Shown one piece after another: positions 10,880-18,798 of a stretch of 55,356 nucleotides of DNA. Under the pieces are notes generated by a model, which made no database searches, was not told the origin of the DNA, and saw only the letters and a list, made by a program, of their open reading frames with translations. Numbering within the stretch: position 1 is the first letter of the stretch; every line of letters begins with the position of its first letter. A program made the translations under genes and the position numbers. Source of the stretch: a virus (lineage: Duplodnaviria > Heunggongvirae > Uroviricota > Caudoviricetes); the IMG/VR virus record IMGVR_UViG_3300025858_000011; one strand, given 5' to 3'.

Positions 10880-11863
10880 ATGGCAAAAGGATTAGATTGC
10901 GGAACTGGAAATTTTTGTGTAGTTGATTCAAAAGGAACTAGGTTACAACGTAATGCATTTTTAACAATTGACCAAAGACTTACTACTAAAAAACAATTAA
11001 AAGTATTAGGTGTTCCATTTGTAGAAGTTGATAATAGACTTCACATCGTTGGAAGAAAGGCGTTTGAATACGCGCAAGTTTTTGGAACAACTGAGCTAAA
11101 AAGGCCGATGGCGCATGGAGTTTTAAATCCACTTGAGCAAGATGCATTCCCAATATTAAGATTAATAATTGGAGGACTTCTTGAAGAACCTGAGACTCCA
11201 GGAGAATTGGTTGTATATTGTATTCCAGGAACTCCGATAGACCAAGAACAGGGTACCGAGTACCATTCTGATGTATTAAAGAGCATCATCGAAAGTTTTG
11301 GTTACACTGCACATCCTATAAATGAGGCCGTTGCCCTAGGTAATGAGGGACTTAAAGAGGCAATGCTCACGGGTATTTCAATAAGCATGGGTGCCGGAAT
11401 GTGCAATGTAGCAATTTCATTTCTTGGAATGAGCGCCCTTCAATTTAGTATTGCCAAGGGTGGAGATTGGATTGACGAAAATGTTTCAAGAGATTGTGGT
11501 ATTCCTAAGGCACAGGCACAATATATAAAAGAATTAGGAAATTATACTATTGACCCAAAGTCGACTGTGGAAAGAACAAGAGAGCAACAAGCGGTAAAAA
11601 GTTATTACGAGGCCCTTATCAGATATATTTTGGCTAATATTGCACGTCAATTTGAATCTCGAGAAATGCCTAATTTCTCCAATGATGTTCCAATAGTAAT
11701 TGCTGGTGGTACCTCAATGGTAAACGGATTCATCGAAGTATTTAAAGATCAGTTCCAACAAAAACAGTTTCCATTAAAAATAAGTGAAATTAAATTAACA
11801 GACGAGCCTCTTACTGCAGTCGCTCGTGGGTGTTACGCAGATGCAGTATTAGAGGGAGAATAG
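10880..11863 (+). CDS. Actin-fold ATPase (MreB/ParM/FtsA/MamK superfamily)
   Basis: Phosphate-1 GLDCGTGN, connect NEAVAL, phosphate-2 SMGAGMCN, adenosine IAGGTS, connect-2 AVARG. Confidence 0.85.
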   Translation: MAKGLDCGTGNFCVVDSKGTRLQRNAFLTIDQRLTTKKQLKVLGVPFVEVDNRLHIVGRKAFEYAQVFGTTELKRPMAHGVLNPLEQDAFPILRLIIGGLLEEPETPGELVVYCIPGTPIDQEQGTEYHSDVLKSIIESFGYTAHPINEAVALGNEGLKEAMLTGISISMGAGMCNVAISFLGMSALQFSIAKGGDWIDENVSRDCGIPKAQAQYIKELGNYTIDPKSTVERTREQQAVKSYYEALIRYILANIARQFESREMPNFSNDVPIVIAGGTSMVNGFIEVFKDQFQQKQFPLKISEIKLTDEPLTAVARGCYADAVLEGE

Positions 11864-12093
11864 TGGAAAAAACTGCTATTTCAATAAAGGGGCTAAATGG
11901 TCTTTTAAAAGTTTTTAGAGGTAGGGCGGGATACGCTCAGAACCAAGTTAGAAGAATGCAACGAGGTGGTATGGACCCTCGGGATTATGAGGTCTTTGTA
12001 AAACATCTTGAGAACAGAGAGCATTATCGATTGTTATCAGAGCGACTAGCTAAAATCATTAAAACAAAGGTTACTAATGAAAGAACTATTTGA
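11863..12093 (+). CDS. Small hypothetical protein
   Basis: Probable GTG start overlapping the previous TAG (TAGTG), RBS gaggga. Shorter than the ORF-track call. Confidence 0.5.
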   Translation: MEKTAISIKGLNGLLKVFRGRAGYAQNQVRRMQRGGMDPRDYEVFVKHLENREHYRLLSERLAKIIKTKVTNERTI

Positions 12094-12556
12094 TATACCA
12101 GACCTAGAACCAGAAACAATTCGACAGCTATATCCGTTTATGACTGATATGGATGCTGAACAAATTCAAGTCATTAAAGTATTAATAGAAACACGTGCCG
12201 CATATGAAGATATGGATGTTTTTGAAAATGCAGTTTCTGCATTAAACGGAATTAGTCCCAATGTTTTTGAAATGGAAGGCTCTGAGCCTGAGTATATCTG
12301 GAGAGCATTGGATATTATTTTCAGACTTCATCCCGACGTAGAATTAGCATGGGAAGTGTTAATGTATATCAAGTATATTTTTAATGATAACGGTTGTTAT
12401 TTCTATCATCCAAAGTTACCAATTGAAAATATTTTTTATGATGAAATAGTAAAACGTGCCATTTATGGTCCATTTCCTTTAGAAGAAGATTTTTTTGGAA
12501 TTCAGGCTGTAAGATATTTAAAAATACAAGAGTATTTAAATACTAACAAAGGGTAA
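12077..12556 (+). CDS. Hypothetical acidic protein
   Basis: 159 aa ORF in the operon upstream of the portal-like gene. Confidence 0.55.
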   Translation: MKELFDIPDLEPETIRQLYPFMTDMDAEQIQVIKVLIETRAAYEDMDVFENAVSALNGISPNVFEMEGSEPEYIWRALDIIFRLHPDVELAWEVLMYIKYIFNDNGCYFYHPKLPIENIFYDEIVKRAIYGPFPLEEDFFGIQAVRYLKIQEYLNTNKG

Positions 12557-12562
12557 TAAAGC

Positions 12563-15559
12563 ATGCCAGTAACGATGTTAAATCAAGAGGATTTGGTTTC
12601 TGCAACAGGAGTTGTAAAGTATCCTAACCCATTCTTTGATTTGTCAAATAATTATGTTCCAAAAAATATTAAAACGTTATTTAAGTATTGTAAAACGTTT
12701 TTTTATACAAGTGGTTTTTTAAGAAATGTTATTACAAAATTAACTGAGTATCCTATTACTGATTTATTATTTAGCACAACAGTTTCTAAAGAAACACGTG
12801 AGAAGTATCTTTTTGCTTTTAATAGGAAATTAAAACTTAAAAGTTTTCTTATTGAAATTGGGTTAGACTATTTTACCTATGGAAATTGTTTTATATCAAC
12901 GTATCTTCGTCCTAAAAGATTTTTAGCATGTCCTAGTTGTAAATTATCTTTACCATATGATGATTTTCAAGTATTGGGATTAAAGAATTTTAAATTAATA
13001 GGTACATGCCCATCATGCAAACAAGGTGGATTAGAGTTTACGATTGATGATCAATATGTAAAAAGCATCGATAATTTTAAATTAATAAGATGGTCACCAG
13101 AAAACATTGACATTGACTATAATCCACTTACTGGGACATCAATATACTATTATTCAATCCCGACAAAAATAAAATCTGCCTTATTAAAGGGAGACAAAGT
13201 TCTATTAAAAGAGATCCCAGCAGTATTTCTGGAATCATTACGAACACAAAAGTCCATAAGATTGGATGAAAATAATCTATTCCATTTTAAGCGTCCAACT
13301 CTTGCCGAAGATGATATGGGTTGGGGAAAGCCGCTTATTCTTCCTGCATTGAAAGAAATTTACTATTTACAAACATTGAAACGCGGAAATGAGGCTATAT
13401 CTCACGAACACGTTGTACCAAAGAAAAGTATATTTCCGGCTAATACAACAACTTTGGATCCATATTCTATGAGCCCGGATACGTTAGTATTAACGAATAC
13501 GGGGATTAAAGAATTACAAACTATAGATTTTGAGAGTGATCGCTTATACACCTATAATAGACAAGAAACAAAAGTTACAAACTGGAAATTACGAGAAATA
13601 GAGAACTGGGATTTCATGTTGAAAGTGCAAACCTGCAAACAACCCGCTTTCCCAGTTAGAGTAAACTCCGTGCATCCTTTTAGAGTTTGGAATGAAGAAA
13701 AAAAAGAGCATGGGTGGAAAGAAGCAAAAGAACTATGTTTAACAGATTATCTTGCATACCCGATTCCTCAATTAAAAGATAATGTTGACAGTATAAAAAC
13801 TATTGATATTAAGGAGGTATTAAAAAAGGTTTCTTTTGGACCTAGTGCCTCAGACACTATAGAGGTCATCAATACCGATACAACTTTTTTTAGATTTTTA
13901 GGTTTATTTTTAGCAGAAGGATATCTTCATAAGACTGGAAGAATTACATTTACGTTTAATAGTAAGGAAATTGAATTACATAGTTTTGTAGCAGATTATT
14001 TAGATGCACTTGCTCCAAATTGTAAAGAAGCTCAAATAATAACAAAAGGGGAAACTACCCAAATAACTAAGTGTTCCATAAAATTAAAATACCTACTTGA
14101 AACACTAGTTGGAAACCATAGTGATAGGAAACATCTCACATATTTTAGAGAAAAATTAGATAAAGAACAACTTATTGCTTTATTACGTGGTATTTACGAA
14201 GGAGATGGTTGTTTTCGATATGTGACAAATCATGGAAATTATTCATATCCAAAACTTAGCATCTCACTTTCAAATCTAGATCTTTCGTATTTTATATGGG
14301 AGTACTTGCTTTCTTTAGGGTATTGCGCCTCAATAGGGCGCTACACCCGAAAATACTTGAACTCCAAGCCTTGTTGGGTAAACGATATAACAGGTAAAGA
14401 TGCTGAAAATCTGGCAAAGATGCTGTCACTCACAACGAAATCTGTCGATTACAAAAATAAAAATGAAAATAATACTTTCTTTTTTAAAGATAATTTTGTT
14501 TATACAAAAGTATCCTCGATTAAAACTATAAAAGAAAGAATGGTATTAAGTATAGAAGTAGATGACGAAACGCATTCATACCTGACATTAGCTAAGTGTA
14601 ATAAAAACACGCAGATGAACCTGGGCAAGTGGAAAGGTCAGATGGAAGAACAAATTAAGAAGTGGAAATCTGATCCAAACCACATCGGCGTATTTCCCAT
14701 ACCAATTGGATATCAGGAACTTGGTGGAAATGCTAGAGCATTATTATTAACTCCAGAAATGAAGTTTATTGAGGAATCAATCATTAATAGCCTGGGGGTT
14801 CCTCTTGAATTTATAAAAGGCGGCTCCACTTGGACCGGTTCTAGTGTGTCATTAAGAATTGTTGAAAACCACTTTTTAACATATAGAGAATTACTATTAG
14901 AGTGCGTTAATTATTTCATTATTGAAAAATTAGTATCTTTACTAAAGTATCCTCCAGTAGAAGTAAAGTTCCAGAAATTTCGAATGGCCGATGACACTAA
15001 CAGTAAACAACAAATGTTGGAAATGGCTGTTCGTGAAAAAATCTCGGATGCTACATTATTAGATGAATTCGGATTACAGTATAATGAGGAACAAGACGCT
15101 TTAAAGAAGACCAGATTATCGTCATTAGAGGAACGGGTAGAGGGGTTAGTTGCCGAAGCAGAAGCGCAGGGGCAGGCGATGGTTGTTCAAGCGAAGTATC
15201 AAATGCGAGCTAAAGTTGCTGCAGCACAAGAGGAAATAAAGATTCAATCTGAGTTATTTCAAGAAGAACTCGCCAGAGAGAACATCGGGCTTCCGGATGA
15301 ACCAATGAAAATAATTGAAAAATTTGCATTGGAATTAATGTCTCTTACTGCAATTGAACAAGCCAAGAGATTGGCAGTTCTTTCTAAGAAAATGCCGACT
15401 ACTTATACTTTAGTTATTAAGCGGATGCAGAGTATGATGGCACAGCAATCGATGGAAGCCCAGTATGCGGCGCAAGAACAAGGACAAGAACAGGAACAAA
15501 AACCTGTGAAGAGTTCAAAGTCTGAAAAAACAAAAGGACAAACAAGAGGTAATCCATGA
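12563..15559 (+). CDS. Portal-like protein with Zn-ribbon insert and an intein (mature about 617 aa)
   Basis: Structural-gene context, FHFKRP..GWGKPLILPAL region and long helical C-terminus fit a portal. Two CPSC pairs. Intein as below. Confidence 0.6.
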   Translation: MPVTMLNQEDLVSATGVVKYPNPFFDLSNNYVPKNIKTLFKYCKTFFYTSGFLRNVITKLTEYPITDLLFSTTVSKETREKYLFAFNRKLKLKSFLIEIGLDYFTYGNCFISTYLRPKRFLACPSCKLSLPYDDFQVLGLKNFKLIGTCPSCKQGGLEFTIDDQYVKSIDNFKLIRWSPENIDIDYNPLTGTSIYYYSIPTKIKSALLKGDKVLLKEIPAVFLESLRTQKSIRLDENNLFHFKRPTLAEDDMGWGKPLILPALKEIYYLQTLKRGNEAISHEHVVPKKSIFPANTTTLDPYSMSPDTLVLTNTGIKELQTIDFESDRLYTYNRQETKVTNWKLREIENWDFMLKVQTCKQPAFPVRVNSVHPFRVWNEEKKEHGWKEAKELCLTDYLAYPIPQLKDNVDSIKTIDIKEVLKKVSFGPSASDTIEVINTDTTFFRFLGLFLAEGYLHKTGRITFTFNSKEIELHSFVADYLDALAPNCKEAQIITKGETTQITKCSIKLKYLLETLVGNHSDRKHLTYFREKLDKEQLIALLRGIYEGDGCFRYVTNHGNYSYPKLSISLSNLDLSYFIWEYLLSLGYCASIGRYTRKYLNSKPCWVNDITGKDAENLAKMLSLTTKSVDYKNKNENNTFFFKDNFVYTKVSSIKTIKERMVLSIEVDDETHSYLTLAKCNKNTQMNLGKWKGQMEEQIKKWKSDPNHIGVFPIPIGYQELGGNARALLLTPEMKFIEESIINSLGVPLEFIKGGSTWTGSSVSLRIVENHFLTYRELLLECVNYFIIEKLVSLLKYPPVEVKFQKFRMADDTNSKQQMLEMAVREKISDATLLDEFGLQYNEEQDALKKTRLSSLEERVEGLVAEAEAQGQAMVVQAKYQMRAKVAAAQEEIKIQSELFQEELARENIGLPDEPMKIIEKFALELMSLTAIEQAKRLAVLSKKMPTTYTLVIKRMQSMMAQQSMEAQYAAQEQGQEQEQKPVKSSKSEKTKGQTRGNP
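13466..14608 (+). mobile_element. Intein with LAGLIDADG endonuclease (381 aa) in the portal-like gene
   Basis: DPY|SMSPDTLVLTNTG ... LTLAKCNKN|TQM. Block B NSVHPF. Endonuclease motifs FLGLFLAEG and LLRGIYEGDG. Confidence 0.88.
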
Positions 15560-15726
15560 TAGAAAAATACGGAACATACCGCGTCTTTCAAAATAAAGAA
15601 ACAGGCGCTCTTAGAAAAATATCTTTGGAAGAAGATAAAGAATTAGAAAAAGTTGCATCAGATGCTATTTGGAAAGAACTGGAATTTGATCCGGAGGATA
15701 CAACAACCATCGGAGATAAAAAATGA
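15556..15726 (+). CDS. Small acidic protein (56 aa, not in the ORF track)
   Basis: MIEKYGTYRVFQNKETG...LEKVASDAIW. ATGA overlaps at both ends indicate translational coupling. Confidence 0.6.
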   Translation: MIEKYGTYRVFQNKETGALRKISLEEDKELEKVASDAIWKELEFDPEDTTTIGDKK

Positions 15727-15914
15727 GTGCAGCATTCACACCTTTTAATGGAATTCGTAAAGTCGAGATGTTTCGTCTCGATGATGACAATGAGAAACTT
15801 TTATATGAAAAGTTATTAAATGATCCAGACGTAACAATTATTAAAGAAGAATTTGTATATGGAGGAAGAGAGCATTCAATTCCTATTACTACTATTTGGT
15901 ATGAGAAATTATAA
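15723..15914 (+). CDS. Small hypothetical protein
   Basis: 63 aa, coupled to the previous ORF, RBS ggag, ends at a terminator. Confidence 0.55.
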   Translation: MSAAFTPFNGIRKVEMFRLDDDNEKLLYEKLLNDPDVTIIKEEFVYGGREHSIPITTIWYEKL

Positions 15915-15916
15915 TA

Positions 15917-15943
15917 AAAAAGGCAGAGTTTATCTGCCTTTTT
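15917..15943. terminator. Bidirectional intrinsic terminator
   Basis: aaaaaggcaga-gttta-tctgccttttt between convergent genes. Confidence 0.85.
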
Positions 15944-15946
15944 GTT

Positions 15947-18349
15947 TTAATCATTTAATTGCTGATGAAAAATATCTTTTAGAAATCTTACTTTATCAGC
16001 CCACAAAAAATGTCTATTAACTCTATCTATGCATGTTTGATCTATAGTTTTTTCAACTCCCAGTGTTTTCCACTTTTGATATTCAATTTCTAATGCTTGA
16101 ACCATTTCCCAAACATCTACGATAGGCCGCATGTGCCCAGAATCCATTGCCTGATTTAAAAGAGCTGAATTAGGAATAAGATGTCCGGTTTCTCCCAACA
16201 TTTCTGGAATTGCAGAGTTTTTTGGTGCAATGCTTGGAGTTCCAGCGGCCATTGACTCTATTAAGCTTAAACCACAGTTATGCACAGTACATTGGGCGAT
16301 TGTGTAGGATTCTCCATCAGGAACTTCTAAATCATATCCAATTCCTTTGGGCTCAATCAATATAATACTTAAAACTTTTAAATCTACATAATCTTCACGA
16401 ATTTTGTATGTTTTAGTAAATTGTCCTAAAGACTCATCACCATTTCTATCTTCATATAAATCGATTTTGTAAACAAATCCATTGCCATATCCAAGTTGAT
16501 TACTTTGAAAACAAATTGACGGTACCTTACCTAAAGATAGATAAAGATCTCTTATCCCATAGGCAAGCAAAGGGGAACTTGTAGTAATTCTTATCTTATG
16601 TCTGTGATTATCAGTATTTCCGTCTCCCAGTACGATACCTTCGAGTAGGGCCTTTCGGCACTGAACACTCAAATTATTAGCCCATGCAGGAATCTTCTTT
16701 GTTTTAGAACTATGCCCGAAAGACTCTTGTAAAAAGTTTTTTAAGGCTGCTCCTGCGAAATAAATACTACCAAAATTTCCTCCTCTGTAATCCGGTACAA
16801 ACTTAGGAATAATATAATCGTTATTAGTATTAAAATATTTTGAGTAAATGTCAATTATAAATTGTTGTAACTCTGTTTCTCTAGTATGAAAACAAAATTG
16901 TACTGATGCTCCTGCTGACCCTTCAGCAATATAAAGTCCAAAAAATTTACACAATTCTGGAGTTACTTTAAGAAATCTTGCAAATTGTTTTTTATCAGTA
17001 GTTTTTTTACTTACTAAAAAATTGTCTTGTACTTCAAAACAGTCAGAAACATATTTTGCTAAATCTATAGTAATGGCCTCTTCAGTATATTTTGGTATTG
17101 CAAAAGAGACATAATCTCCAACTTTTAAAGCCTCTGCTTTAGTGTACTCCCCAGTTTCTAAAAGAAATGGATGATCATGTGATGCAATAATGGGTTCGCT
17201 AAATTTACTTAATTTTATAGAGTACATCGGATCTGTAAATTTAGTTCCCAAGGTTTTATTTACTTTCGTAAATTTACCCTTGGCATTTAATACTAAAGTC
17301 TCGTCGGTTACATTTTCTATTGATATATACCCATCACTAGTTAATATTAATGTTCCCTCTAATAATTTTCCTTCTCCCAATGACGAACTTATGTTTATAT
17401 TGGCCCCATTATATAATTCATTAACAAATGTATTGGGGACCTGTCCAGCATATATATTAGCCGCGTTTATTCCCAACATTCCAGCAGCGATATCCTCATC
17501 TTCAAATCCTGTATTAAGTAGATGATTCTGCAATGTATTAACCCTTCCAGGCCCCATCGACGGCTCATTTGCCATCATGTGCAAGTATAAAAGAACGTCA
17601 GTACGGTACCGTTTTTCTTTTTCTATAATGTCCTCTGGGCCGCACATATTTAAATCACAATAACTTTTATGATATGGATACACATTTCCACATTTACATT
17701 TTTTATATCCTTTAGCAAATAAGTTAAAGGCGCGAAGAGTATGTGGAATTGACTTTCTTGGTTGAAATCTATTAACATTTATAACTGTAAACTTATTAGT
17801 CCATTTAAAATTTGCTCTAACTGTTTTAATTTCCTCAAGGGTTAATGGTTTATAAATATTAGTATTAACTCCATGATATAATTTATGTAGACCTGTTACT
17901 TTTGGAAATGTTTCTGCTATTGTTCTTATAGCCCAATCAGAATAAGTAATATTTACATCAGCCAATCTAAAAACATTCCCCCATGCCTTGCTGAAGGGGG
18001 CACCATCTACTGGGAAGTATGTTACTATTTTTGTAGATGGTTTTACAATTTTTTTAATTCCTTCAATGTTGTCACTGATATGAAAGATGTCTTGAAATAA
18101 AAATAAAATGTCAGGTTCATCTTTTTTTATCAAATATGCTAGTTTTTTAGTTCCCAGAGGGTCTTCCTTAGATATAGGATACACAAAGTATTTACTAGTA
18201 TCATACTTTTTATCCCCATGATAATTAATACCTAAAATTGTAACATCAAAGTCTTCGTGCATCGTGTCCAAAAGATTATCTGCTACCTGACCAAAACCAG
18301 TAGGTACTAAAAAGTCACACCATACGAAAAGTTTCTTTTTTTCTTTCAA
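15947..18349 (-). CDS. GT-B (GT4-like) glycosyltransferase with an intein (mature about 436 aa)
   Basis: N-terminal DFLVPTGFGQV, NVNRFQPRK, and after intein removal SLGEG|CGLSLIESMAAG (EGFGLxxxE-type motif). TTG start. Confidence 0.85.
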   Translation of the reverse strand: MKEKKKLFVWCDFLVPTGFGQVADNLLDTMHEDFDVTILGINYHGDKKYDTSKYFVYPISKEDPLGTKKLAYLIKKDEPDILFLFQDIFHISDNIEGIKKIVKPSTKIVTYFPVDGAPFSKAWGNVFRLADVNITYSDWAIRTIAETFPKVTGLHKLYHGVNTNIYKPLTLEEIKTVRANFKWTNKFTVINVNRFQPRKSIPHTLRAFNLFAKGYKKCKCGNVYPYHKSYCDLNMCGPEDIIEKEKRYRTDVLLYLHMMANEPSMGPGRVNTLQNHLLNTGFEDEDIAAGMLGINAANIYAGQVPNTFVNELYNGANINISSSLGEGKLLEGTLILTSDGYISIENVTDETLVLNAKGKFTKVNKTLGTKFTDPMYSIKLSKFSEPIIASHDHPFLLETGEYTKAEALKVGDYVSFAIPKYTEEAITIDLAKYVSDCFEVQDNFLVSKKTTDKKQFARFLKVTPELCKFFGLYIAEGSAGASVQFCFHTRETELQQFIIDIYSKYFNTNNDYIIPKFVPDYRGGNFGSIYFAGAALKNFLQESFGHSSKTKKIPAWANNLSVQCRKALLEGIVLGDGNTDNHRHKIRITTSSPLLAYGIRDLYLSLGKVPSICFQSNQLGYGNGFVYKIDLYEDRNGDESLGQFTKTYKIREDYVDLKVLSIILIEPKGIGYDLEVPDGESYTIAQCTVHNCGLSLIESMAAGTPSIAPKNSAIPEMLGETGHLIPNSALLNQAMDSGHMRPIVDVWEMVQALEIEYQKWKTLGVEKTIDQTCIDRVNRHFLWADKVRFLKDIFHQQLND
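16277..17368 (-). mobile_element. Intein with LAGLIDADG endonuclease (364 aa), atypical Lys1
   Basis: GEG|KLLEGTLILTSDG ... YDLEVPDGESYTIAQCTVHN|C. Motifs FFGLYIAEG and LLEGIVLGDG. Confidence 0.88.
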
Positions 18350-18429
18350 AATTTATTTATGATTAATTGTTAAATTTAACTATATAAGTTACATAAATAA
18401 ATTGTAATTTACAAGAAAAATCTTAATGT

Positions 18430-18463
18430 AAAAAAAAGAGAAAGGCCCTATACCTTTCTCTTT
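18430..18463 (-). terminator. Intrinsic terminator closing retron-like ncRNA 2
   Basis: Perfect 11-bp stem aaagagaaagg (18435-18445) / cctttctcttt (18453-18463) followed on the - strand by a U-tract. Confidence 0.85.
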
Positions 18464-18468
18464 CAATA

Positions 18469-18760
18469 CCAATTTACACTCTAAACCTACGCGCAGGGAA
18501 TCGACGCCTCCCCGGTCTCCCAGGTACCTGGCGTATGCCGGCCCGCCGCGGTAGCGCTTAGCACCCGCGGAGGTTGGGACCCTAAGGATCCATGGCACCC
18601 GGCGCGCGGAGGACCGATCGATGACTGCAGTCAGCTCCAGTACTAATAATTAGCGGGTCGAAACGATGTGTCGTTTCATCGTGAGGACCGGTTTATTAGT
18701 ACTGGTAAGTTGTGCCTTGTACGAAACATACAAGTTAAAAATAAAAAATCTGTAAATTGG
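18469..18760 (-). ncRNA. Retron-type msr-msd ncRNA 2 whose msd is a restriction-site array
   Basis: 10-bp terminal inverted repeat (18469-18478 / 18751-18760) with a G just inside each arm on the - strand (18750, 18479). msr hairpins share motifs with ncRNA 1. GC-rich msd 18480-18640. Own promoter and terminator. Confidence 0.72.
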
Positions 18761-18785
18761 ATTTACATATGCTTAGTTACAAATA

Positions 18786-18795
18786 TCTTATACCA
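18786..18795 (-). promoter_or_regulatory. Extended -10 promoter motif TGGTATAAGA upstream of ncRNA 2
   Basis: Exact 10-mer also at 44505-44514 and 46966-46975, each intergenic and upstream of - strand genes. Confidence 0.65.
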
Positions 18796-18798
18796 CAA

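Noticed and set aside
18389-18598. 69-aa ORF on the - strand
   Set aside because: Runs through the GC-rich msd and the terminator, with atypical composition and no RBS; a by-product of the ncRNA.
18480-18645. Cloning-vector MCS contamination as the source of the site array
   Set aside because: It lacks the usual EcoRI, HindIII, XbaI, SalI, XhoI, SacI and SmaI sites, and sits seamlessly between a native inverted repeat, msr-like hairpins, promoter and terminator. Read coverage should still be checked.
18650-18700. Hammerhead ribozyme (CGAAAC, GATGA-like words)
   Set aside because: No CUGANGA core in the right order with GAAA and a cleavage triplet on either strand.
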